DNA from: Piscinibacter gummiphilus
GTDB lineage: Bacteria > Pseudomonadota > Gammaproteobacteria > Burkholderiales > Burkholderiaceae_C
NCBI RefSeq assembly: GCF_002116905.1
Contig: NZ_CP015118.1
Coordinates: 4,548,351 to 4,612,350 of the forward strand
DNA length: 64,000 nucleotides
Direction of reading: 5' to 3'
A program made the position numbers and the translations under genes. Shown here one piece after another: positions 57,044 to 64,000 of this stretch. How positions within the stretch are numbered: position 1 is the first letter of the stretch; every line of letters starts with the position of its first letter. The notes under the pieces were generated by a model. It was given only the letters and a program-made list of their open reading frames with translations. It had not been told where the DNA came from and ran no database searches.

Positions 57044-57840
57044 CCGGCGTCCAGGGCCAGTTCCGCCACCAGCGGCAGGTGGTCCGACATGCGCGCCCAA
57101 CTCGGTCCCCGCGGCACGTGGGTGCCGATGCAGTGCAGGCCGCGCGTGTAGATGCGGTCGAGCGAGAAGAGCGGCATGCGCGACGGGAACGTGCGTGCTG
57201 CCGCCCCGCCTTCGAGTTGCGCGCGCCGCAGCCCCGTGGCCTTCATCGGCGCGCCGAGCCGCTCGCCCCAGTCGTTGAAGTCGCCCGCGACGATCAGGCA
57301 TTCGTCCTTCGGGATGTGCTGCTGGATGAACGCCGCGATGCGCTCGACCTGCCGCACGCGGCTCGAGTGCATCAGCCCGAGGTGGGCCACGATGGCATGC
57401 ACCGGCGTGCCGTTCCAGTCGAGCCGCACGTGAAGCAGGCCGCGCTGCTCGAAGCGGTGGTCCGACACGTCGTGGTGTCCGGGGTCGCCCACCATCGGCC
57501 AGCGCGACAGCAGCGCGTTGCCGTGTTCGCCCTCGGGCGTGATGGCGTTCGTGCGGTAGGCCACCTGGTAGCCGTCGGGTGCCAGGTAGTCGCCCTGCGA
57601 AGCCTTCGGCCAGCCGCGGTGCGGGTCCGGGAACGCGCGGGCCTCGCGGTGGTTGAAGTTGCGCACCTCCTGCAGGCACACGAGGTCGGCGTCGAGCGCC
57701 TCGATGCCCAGCACGAGGTTGTGGATCTCGAGCCGCTTCTGCGGTCCGACCCCGCGCACGCCCTTGTGGATGTTGTAGGTCGCGACCCGCAGCACGTCGG
57801 CGGCGTGGGTGGTGCTCTTGGGGAAGCGGAGCGGGTTCAT
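57040..57840 (-). CDS. endonuclease/exonuclease/phosphatase (EEP) family protein
   Basis: LRVATYNIHKG ... CLQEV ... VAGDFND ... SDHLPLVAEL, the EEP catalytic motifs. Overlaps the clsB start (ATGA). Confidence 0.8.
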   Translation of the reverse strand: MNPLRFPKSTTHAADVLRVATYNIHKGVRGVGPQKRLEIHNLVLGIEALDADLVCLQEVRNFNHREARAFPDPHRGWPKASQGDYLAPDGYQVAYRTNAITPEGEHGNALLSRWPMVGDPGHHDVSDHRFEQRGLLHVRLDWNGTPVHAIVAHLGLMHSSRVRQVERIAAFIQQHIPKDECLIVAGDFNDWGERLGAPMKATGLRRAQLEGGAAARTFPSRMPLFSLDRIYTRGLHCIGTHVPRGPSWARMSDHLPLVAELALDAG

Positions 57841-57846
57841 GCGGAC

Positions 57847-58329
57847 TCAGTCGAAAAAGCGCGGCAGTTGCAGGATGGCCTCGGCGTTCGACGGCGAGAA
57901 GCAGCGGTCCGCCGCCTCGCGCCACGGCAGCCATTCGAAGCGGGTGTGTTCGCGCGGCGCGAGCACGACGGGCGTGCCCTCCGGCACCCGCAGGCCGAAC
58001 ACATGTTCGGTGTTGTGCGTGACACCCGGTGCATACCGGTGCCGCCACACGGGGTAGATCTCGTAGACGTTCCGGATGGCCCAGTCGCGCAGGTTCGTGT
58101 CGGGCACGGCAGGCGAGCCGATGTGGATGCCCGTCTCCTCGCCCACCTCGCGCACGGCGGTGTCGCGCGGGTCCTCGCCGAGGGTGTCCTTCGAGCCGGT
58201 CACGCTCTGCCAGAACCCCGCGTTCGCCGCCCGTTCCATCACGAGCACCCGCCAGGCCGTGTCGTGGATCACGACCAGCACGGACTCGGGGATCTTCGGG
58301 GGACGGGGTGACGGCTCGGGCGTGGACAT
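57847..58329 (-). CDS. nudB: NUDIX hydrolase, NudB-like (dihydroneopterin triphosphate diphosphatase)
   Basis: Nudix box GSKDTLGEDPRDTAVREVGEETGI; size and operon position before an EEP protein and clsB fit NudB. Start at MSTPEP. Confidence 0.6.
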   Translation of the reverse strand: MSTPEPSPRPPKIPESVLVVIHDTAWRVLVMERAANAGFWQSVTGSKDTLGEDPRDTAVREVGEETGIHIGSPAVPDTNLRDWAIRNVYEIYPVWRHRYAPGVTHNTEHVFGLRVPEGTPVVLAPREHTRFEWLPWREAADRCFSPSNAEAILQLPRFFD

Positions 58330-58513
58330 GACCCCAAGGATAACGAACCGGCGCACGGCCCGTGGACCGCGAATTCGTTCCACGGTCGTGCGTTTCGAAA
58401 TGTGACAGCAATGCGACGCAGTGCCGGAATTCTCGAATTAGGGGGGTGATGACGCACCCAAGCCACACGGCTTGCCGCAAAAATGCACCTTCGTTCAAAA
58501 GTGGAAGCCGTAC

Positions 58514-59653
58514 ATGTCCCCTGTCTTCGACCGCTCCCGACGCCATGCCCTCCAGTCCCTCGCCGCCGCCGCAGGCGCCGCGACCGGGTTCCCTGCCCTC
58601 GCCCAGGACAACGAGATCCGCATCGGGCAGAGCATCCACCTGACCGGCCCCATGGCGGCCACCACGAGCCAGTCCCTCAAGGGCCAGGCCCTCGCGCTCG
58701 ACGAGGTGAACCGCGCCGGCGGTGTCAACGGCCGCCCGGTCAAGCTGATCCAGCTCGACGACCAGTACGACGCGCAGCGCTGCGTCGCCAACGTCAAGTC
58801 GCTGATCGACACGCACAAGGTCTCCGCGCTGTTCGGCCTCGCCAACAGCCAGGCCATCGGCGCCACCCTCCCGCTGCTGGCCGAGCGGAAGATGCCGTTG
58901 ATCGGCATCTACTCCGGCTCGCCGGCGCTGCGCGTGCAGCAGCACCCCTGCCTCTTCACCACCGCGGCCAGCTTCCGCGACGAGGTGGTGCAGATGGTGC
59001 GCAACCTCGTCGCCGTGCAGCAGGCCGACCTCGGCGTGGTGTACCTCGACAACCCGTTCGGCCAGCTGATGCTGCCGGTGGCCGAACAGGTCATCCAGGA
59101 GCACGGTGCCACGCTGGTCGGCAAGCAGGCGCTCGAGGCCACGGGCGCCAACGCCGCCGAGGTCTCGAAGGCGCTCGCGGCCAACCGGCCCAAGGCCGTG
59201 CTGCTGATGGCTTTCGGTCCGTCGACGGTGGCGTTCGTGAAGGCGGCCCGCAAGCTGATCGGCGTGCCCATCTACGCGCTGTCGATCACCAACGTGGCCG
59301 CGCTGCTGCAGGCCATGGGCGAGGATGCCCGGGGCCTCGCCATCACGCAGACCGTGCCATACCCGTGGCGCGAGACGAGCGGCATCACGCGCGACTTCAA
59401 CACCGCCGCGCGGCGTGAACAGTTGCCGGTCACGTACGAGGCCATGCTGGGCTACGTCAACGCGCGCGTGCTGGTCGAGGGCCTCAAGCGCTCCGGCAAG
59501 GCGCCCACGCCCGAGGCCGTGATCCGCGGCTTCGAGAGCATGAGCAAGGTCGACCTGGGCGGCTACGAGGTCTCGTACGGCCCGAAGAAGCACCACGGCA
59601 GCGCCTTCGTCGAGATCACCATCGTGGGCCCGGACGGAAAATTCATCCGCTGA
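58514..59653 (+). CDS. ABC transporter substrate-binding protein (type I periplasmic binding fold, branched-chain amino acid-binding-like)
   Basis: Tat-like signal SRRHALQSLAAAAGAATGFPALA, then IRIGQSIHLTGPMAATTSQSLKGQALALDEVNRAGGVNGRPVKLIQLDDQYD, a typical LivK-family start. Confidence 0.75.
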   Translation: MSPVFDRSRRHALQSLAAAAGAATGFPALAQDNEIRIGQSIHLTGPMAATTSQSLKGQALALDEVNRAGGVNGRPVKLIQLDDQYDAQRCVANVKSLIDTHKVSALFGLANSQAIGATLPLLAERKMPLIGIYSGSPALRVQQHPCLFTTAASFRDEVVQMVRNLVAVQQADLGVVYLDNPFGQLMLPVAEQVIQEHGATLVGKQALEATGANAAEVSKALAANRPKAVLLMAFGPSTVAFVKAARKLIGVPIYALSITNVAALLQAMGEDARGLAITQTVPYPWRETSGITRDFNTAARREQLPVTYEAMLGYVNARVLVEGLKRSGKAPTPEAVIRGFESMSKVDLGGYEVSYGPKKHHGSAFVEITIVGPDGKFIR

Positions 59654-59755
59654 CCGAGAAATCGTTCCGCACTAGGGTCTGTACCGGTCAAGTCGTGTCA
59701 CGGATGTGACGACATGTGGAAACGGTCCCGATTCGGGGACCGCCTTGGAGTCCTC

Positions 59756-61318
59756 ATGTCGAACCGTTTCTCGATCCGGCGCGCGCTGGCCGCTGCCGTC
59801 CTGCTGCTCTCCCTGCTCTTCGGCGCAGGCACCCTGACGAGCATCTGGGCGCTGCGCGACAGCAACCAGGCGCTGTCCGACGTGAACGGCGAGATCCGCA
59901 TCGCGCTGTCGATGTCGGACTCGCTCAACCACCTGCGCACGGCGCGCGTGTGGCTCGTGCAGGCGTCCACCTACACCACCTCCGGCATGATGGCCGAGGC
60001 CGACAAGGCCGTGTCGACCGCGGCCGAGAAGGTCCAGCTGTCGCGCAAGGCCTTCGCCGACTACCAGGCGCTGAAGAAGGGAACGGCGGAGCAGGCGCTC
60101 GCCGACGCGGCAGCCAAGCACTACGAGGCCTACGTCACCGAGGGCATCGAACCGCTCGTGAAGGCACTGAAGGCCAACGACGCGATGGCCTACCTGCGCA
60201 CGCTCAAGACCAGCACGCAGCAGCTCGACCACACCTTCGAGGACGCGCTCACGCAGGCCATCGAGTTCCGCGAGAAGCAGGCGCTCGCGAAGAATGAAAG
60301 CACCCAGCGCGCGTTCCAGACGAGCCTCGTGCTGCTGCTCGCGCTGGCCGGCGTCTTCGCCCTGGCCGCGTTCGCCATCTGGCGTGTCGCGACGGCCTCC
60401 GTCGTGCGCCCGCTGCACAGCGCGGCCACCCACCTGCGCCTCGTGGCCGGCGGCGACCTGTCCCACGCCGCCCCGGCCCACGTGCGCGGCGAACCCGACG
60501 AGGTCGCGCAGATGATCGACGGCCTGGCCGCCATGCAGCACCACCTGCGCGACACCGTCTCCGCGATCCGCGAGTCGGCCGACCAGGTGGGCACCGCCAC
60601 GCTCGAGATCGCCCAGGGCAACCAGGACCTGTCCGTGCGCACCGAGGAACAGGCCGCGAACCTGCAGCGCACCGCCTCGTCGATGGACCAGATGGCCGCC
60701 ACCGTGGGCCAGACCGCGCAGACCGCCCAGCAGGCCACGCACCTCGCGGCGTCGGCCTCCGAAGTCGCCACGAAGGGCGAGGCGATGGTGGGCGAGGTGA
60801 TCGCGACGATGGGCAACATCCACGCGTCGAGCGCCCGCATCGGCGAGATCACGTCGGTGATCGACGGCATCTCGTTCCAGACCAACATCCTCGCGCTGAA
60901 CGCCGCGGTGGAAGCCGCGCGCGCCGGCGAACACGGCCGCGGCTTCGCGGTGGTGGCGGCCGAGGTGCGCACGCTCGCGCAGCGCAGCGCCTCGGCGGCG
61001 AAGGAGATCAAGACGCTGATCGCCGACTCGGCCGGCAAGGTGGACCACGGCGTGCGCTGCGTCAACGACACCGGCGAGACGATGAAGGAGATCCTCGCGC
61101 AAGTGGCCCGCGTGTCGCAGCTGATCGGCGAGATCCACGCGGCCACCTCGGAGCAGGACTCGGGCCTCGGCGAGGTGAGCCAGGCCGTGAGCCGCATCGA
61201 CCAGGCCACGCAGCAGAACGCCGCGCTGGTGGAGGAAGGCGCGGCCGCGGCCGAGAGCCTCAAGCAGCAGGCGCAGCGGCTGACCCAGGCGGTGCGCACG
61301 TTCCAGCTGGGCCGCTGA
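59756..61318 (+). CDS. methyl-accepting chemotaxis protein
   Basis: TM1, a four-helix-bundle periplasmic ligand domain, TM2, HAMP, a methylation region and the highly conserved signalling hairpin [41 protein letters not shown]. Confidence 0.85.
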   Translation: MSNRFSIRRALAAAVLLLSLLFGAGTLTSIWALRDSNQALSDVNGEIRIALSMSDSLNHLRTARVWLVQASTYTTSGMMAEADKAVSTAAEKVQLSRKAFADYQALKKGTAEQALADAAAKHYEAYVTEGIEPLVKALKANDAMAYLRTLKTSTQQLDHTFEDALTQAIEFREKQALAKNESTQRAFQTSLVLLLALAGVFALAAFAIWRVATASVVRPLHSAATHLRLVAGGDLSHAAPAHVRGEPDEVAQMIDGLAAMQHHLRDTVSAIRESADQVGTATLEIAQGNQDLSVRTEEQAANLQRTASSMDQMAATVGQTAQTAQQATHLAASASEVATKGEAMVGEVIATMGNIHASSARIGEITSVIDGISFQTNILALNAAVEAARAGEHGRGFAVVAAEVRTLAQRSASAAKEIKTLIADSAGKVDHGVRCVNDTGETMKEILAQVARVSQLIGEIHAATSEQDSGLGEVSQAVSRIDQATQQNAALVEEGAAAAESLKQQAQRLTQAVRTFQLGR

Positions 61319-61343
61319 CCCGGTCCTGCGCCAGAATGGGCGC

Positions 61344-62153
61344 ATGGCCGCGCCCGCTCCCATTCACCACGCCCGAGTCCTCGGTTCGCCATGGCCGGGC
61401 GTGTTCGTCACCGAGATCGACAGCGGGCGCCACTTCGGCCGGCACTGGCACACCACGCACGGTCTCGGCCTGCTCGATGCCGGCGCCCAGCGGTCGGCGA
61501 GCGGCGTGGGCCGTGTCGACGCGTTCGCCGGCGACCTGATCGCCACGAACCCCGGCGAGGTTCACGACGGCCAGCCCCTCGGCGGGCCCTCGCGCCGCTG
61601 GCGCATGGTCTACCTCGATGCCGGCGCGATGGCCGCGTGGGACGGCCTCGGCGTGGACCGGGACGTGACCCGGCCGGTGTTCCACGACCCCGCACTGCGC
61701 GCCCGGCTCGGACGCCTGTTCGCGCGGCTGGACGCGTGGGCCGGCGGACAGGGGGACCGCCTCGCGTGCGACGAATCGCTGGCCGAGGTGGTGGCGGGCC
61801 TGGCACCGCACGGATTGACGATGGCGCCACGGGAGGTGTCGGCCGACGTCCGGCGCGTGCACGAGCGGCTGGCGGATGTGTCCGGGGAAGATCCGTCCCT
61901 CGCCGAACTGGCAGCCCTCGCGGGCCTGGGTCCGTTCCAGCTGCTGCGCCGGTTCCAGAAGGTGTACGGAGCGCCGCCCCATGCGTGGCGGCTCGCCTGC
62001 CGGGCCGAACAGGCCCGTCAGTGGATCCGCGCGGGGATGCCCCTCGCGGAGGCGGCGGCCCAGGCCGGCTTCGCCGACCAGAGCCACCTGACGCGGGTGT
62101 TCTCGCGCCAGTTCGGGTTCACGCCGGGCGCGTGGCGACGCGCCGTGGCGTGA
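61344..62153 (+). CDS. AraC family transcriptional regulator (cupin N-terminal domain + HTH)
   Basis: C-terminal LAELAALAGLGPFQLLRRFQKVYGAPPHAW ... QSHLTRVFSRQFGFTP is an AraC-type double HTH. Confidence 0.75.
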   Translation: MAAPAPIHHARVLGSPWPGVFVTEIDSGRHFGRHWHTTHGLGLLDAGAQRSASGVGRVDAFAGDLIATNPGEVHDGQPLGGPSRRWRMVYLDAGAMAAWDGLGVDRDVTRPVFHDPALRARLGRLFARLDAWAGGQGDRLACDESLAEVVAGLAPHGLTMAPREVSADVRRVHERLADVSGEDPSLAELAALAGLGPFQLLRRFQKVYGAPPHAWRLACRAEQARQWIRAGMPLAEAAAQAGFADQSHLTRVFSRQFGFTPGAWRRAVA

Positions 62154-62168
62154 CCCCCTGCCGGACGC

Positions 62169-62465
62169 TCAGGGCGCCGACGCGGCCTTCGCCTTGGGCT
62201 TCGGCTTCGGCTTGCCCGCGGGGTCGTAGACACCGCCCGAGTAGTCCTGGTTCTTGGCCGCGGCCTCGGCCTCGGGGCGGCGGGCCTCACGGGCCTTGAC
62301 CCGCTCCGACTTGCGGTCGGCCTTCGCGGGCTTCGGCGGCAGTTGATCGGCCGTGGGCATCTTGTCGCCGGTGATGGGGGCCGGGGACGACTGGGCCAGG
62401 ACGGGCTGGGCCACCAGGGCCGCCACTGCGAGGAACAGCGGCGCGAGCGGGTGCAATGTTTTCAT
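62169..62465 (-). CDS. small secreted Lys/Pro-rich protein
   Basis: Signal peptide MKTLHPLAPLFLAVAALVAQPVLAQS followed by a low-complexity basic region. Internal start of the track ORF. Confidence 0.4.
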   Translation of the reverse strand: MKTLHPLAPLFLAVAALVAQPVLAQSSPAPITGDKMPTADQLPPKPAKADRKSERVKAREARRPEAEAAAKNQDYSGGVYDPAGKPKPKPKAKAASAP

Positions 62466-62617
62466 GTGAGTCTCCAGGGTTTGCGCGGTGTTCCCGGCGG
62501 GACGAAGATGCGCCCCCCGAAACCCGCGTGGAGCATCGTGCCACTGCCCCGAAATGCCCTCAATTGCCCTTTGGTGCTGGAGGGACACTGCCCACTTGAC
62601 GGAGGGCGCCCCGCCTG

Positions 62618-63376
62618 TCAGCGGTGTGCAGCGCAGCACGACGACGCCGCGGCCGCGGGCGCGTGCTCGTACCGGTCGTGGTGGCGCACCCACGCCATGC
62701 CTTGCCCCGGCGCCTCGTCCCGCCCCTTCGCGGTCAGGTCCAGCAGGTCGTACGTGCCCATCATCACCTCGACGCCCCGGCCATACGTCGAGTAGGTGAG
62801 GAACACGTCGCCCGTGTCATCCCGCCAGAACGCACTGACCCCGGGCGCCTCCTCGTGGGGAAACGCCTGCCGCTGGTAGTTGTAGTCGACCTCGCCGCGC
62901 ACGCGGTCCTCGGGACGGAACGACACGGCGAAATCGAAGTTGAAGTCGTTGCCCGCCGACGACACCCAGGGAAAACGCCAACCCATGCGTTCGCGGAAGC
63001 GCTGGATCTCGGCCAGCGGCGCCCGCGAGACCGCGGTGAACGCCGTGTCGCGCTGCGCGAGGTGCGGCAGCATGCCCTCGACGTGGTCGGCCATGTACGA
63101 GCAGCTGGGGCAGCCCTGGGCCCAGCCCGGGCCGAGCATGAAGTGCTGCACCAGCAGCTGGCGGCGGCCCGCGAACAGGTCGCCCAGCGCGCGCGGCCCG
63201 TCGGGCGTGTCGAAGACGTAGCGCTTGTCGAGGCGCACCCACGGCAGCGCGCGGCGCTCGCGGGCGATCTCGTCGCGCATCCGGGTCAGCGCCTTCTCGC
63301 GGGCCAGCAGCGCCTTGCGCTGGTCGACCCAGCGGTCCCGGGCGACGACGGGGTGATCGATGGTGGTGGTGTTCAT
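62618..63376 (-). CDS. DUF899 family thioredoxin-like protein
   Basis: WVDQRKALLAREKALTRMRDEIARERRALPWV ... GCPSCS (CxxC) ... YSTYGRG, characteristic DUF899 features. Confidence 0.75.
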   Translation of the reverse strand: MNTTTIDHPVVARDRWVDQRKALLAREKALTRMRDEIARERRALPWVRLDKRYVFDTPDGPRALGDLFAGRRQLLVQHFMLGPGWAQGCPSCSYMADHVEGMLPHLAQRDTAFTAVSRAPLAEIQRFRERMGWRFPWVSSAGNDFNFDFAVSFRPEDRVRGEVDYNYQRQAFPHEEAPGVSAFWRDDTGDVFLTYSTYGRGVEVMMGTYDLLDLTAKGRDEAPGQGMAWVRHHDRYEHAPAAAASSCCAAHR

Positions 63377-63388
63377 GGTTCGCTCCTT

Positions 63389-63999
63389 TCAGGCCGCGGG
63401 GGCCTTGGGACGGCGCACGGCGCGGACCTTGCCGCTGCCCCCGCCGCCGCAGTAGAAGAGGCCGGCGCCGTCGGACTCCAGGCCGCTGACACCGACCCCC
63501 TGGGGCATCGCCAGCCGCTCGAGCACGGTGCCATCCGCCGGATCGATGTGGCGCAGCTCGCTCTCGTCACCCTCCCACGTGCCGTGCCACAGTTCGCCGT
63601 CGACCCAGGTGACACCGGTGACGAACCGGTCGGACTCGATGGTGCGGCGCACCGCACCGGTGGCGGGGTCGATCTGGTGGATGCGGCGGTCGCGGTACTG
63701 GCCCACCCACAGGCTGCCCTCGGCCCACGTGAGGCCCGAGTCGCCGCCGTGGCCGGGCGCGGGGATCGAGGCCACCACGGCGCCCGTCGCCGGGTCGATC
63801 TTGTCGATGCGTGACTCGGCGATCTGGTACAGGTGCCGGCCGTCGAAGGCGGTGCCGGCATCGCACGCGTGGTCCAGCGTGCGCACGGTGTCGCCGCTCG
63901 CGGGATCGAGGGCGATCAGCGTGGCGCCGGTGGCGGCCCACACGTGGCGGCCGTCGTGGGTGACGCCGTGGACCTTGCCGTCCTCGGCGAAGGGACCGT
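63389..63999 (-). CDS. beta-propeller repeat protein (partial; N-terminus beyond window end)
   Basis: Repeated IDPATGAV ... units every 40-45 aa (IDKIDPATGAVV, IHQIDPATGAVR, LRHIDPADGTVL). The reading frame stays open to the last base of the window. Confidence 0.5.
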   Translation of the reverse strand, partial: GPFAEDGKVHGVTHDGRHVWAATGATLIALDPASGDTVRTLDHACDAGTAFDGRHLYQIAESRIDKIDPATGAVVASIPAPGHGGDSGLTWAEGSLWVGQYRDRRIHQIDPATGAVRRTIESDRFVTGVTWVDGELWHGTWEGDESELRHIDPADGTVLERLAMPQGVGVSGLESDGAGLFYCGGGGSGKVRAVRRPKAPAA

Positions 64000-64000
64000 A

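Noticed and set aside
55769-59596. Treating the 1275-aa track ORF as one giant gene
   Set aside because: Only the 3-prime 424 aa (clsB) are real. The upstream part runs antisense or out of frame across the EEP, nudB-like and binding-protein genes.
1-63999. CRISPR arrays, rRNA genes, integrases, transposases, prophage structural genes
   Set aside because: None were observed on reading both strands. The only dispersed repeats are the short REP-like palindromes.

Overview
This is a high-GC (about 68-70%) chromosomal window that resembles a Burkholderiales-type betaproteobacterium. Most of it is housekeeping: a partial uvrD, then guaC, valS, galU, cysM, moeB, an arginase, gor, clsB, nudB and others, plus tRNA-Leu(CAA) and tRNA-Arg(CCU). 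Many of the long ORFs in the six-frame track are antisense or out-of-frame artefacts of GC-rich codon bias. Real genes were picked by protein composition and recognisable family motifs, and starts were re-derived (several track ORFs begin at upstream GTG or spurious ATG codons).

The standout region is a tightly packed co-directional operon of about 11.7 kb at 28691-40358. It encodes a YjfI-like DUF2170 protein, a PspA/IM30 (YjfJ-like) protein, a small ribbon-helix-helix-like protein, an NfeD/YqiJ-like membrane protein, a long flotillin (YqiK-like), a 1719-aa giant protein ending in a MoxR/AAA_5-like ATPase, a single-HKD phospholipase-D-like protein, a membrane protein with a CorA-like GMN motif, and a further hypothetical. 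I read this as a candidate membrane-scaffolded defence or stress system built from an ATPase, a nuclease and a channel. I do not recognise this gene combination as a named system, and it has not been compared against databases.

Other notable items:
- a two-gene insertion next to tRNA-Arg (polysaccharide deacetylase plus an ATP-grasp::low-molecular-weight tyrosine-phosphatase fusion);
- a class-3 lipase followed by an acidic small protein, with a lipoprotein upstream (effector/immunity-like layout);
- an MHFG-type PEP-CTERM protein with no exosortase in the window;
- a lower-GC islet carrying a NIF/HAD-like phosphatase;
- two paralogous 80-aa ORFs beside tRNA-Leu;
- three copies of a REP/BIME-like inverted-repeat family.

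No CRISPR array, integrase, transposase or rRNA was seen.
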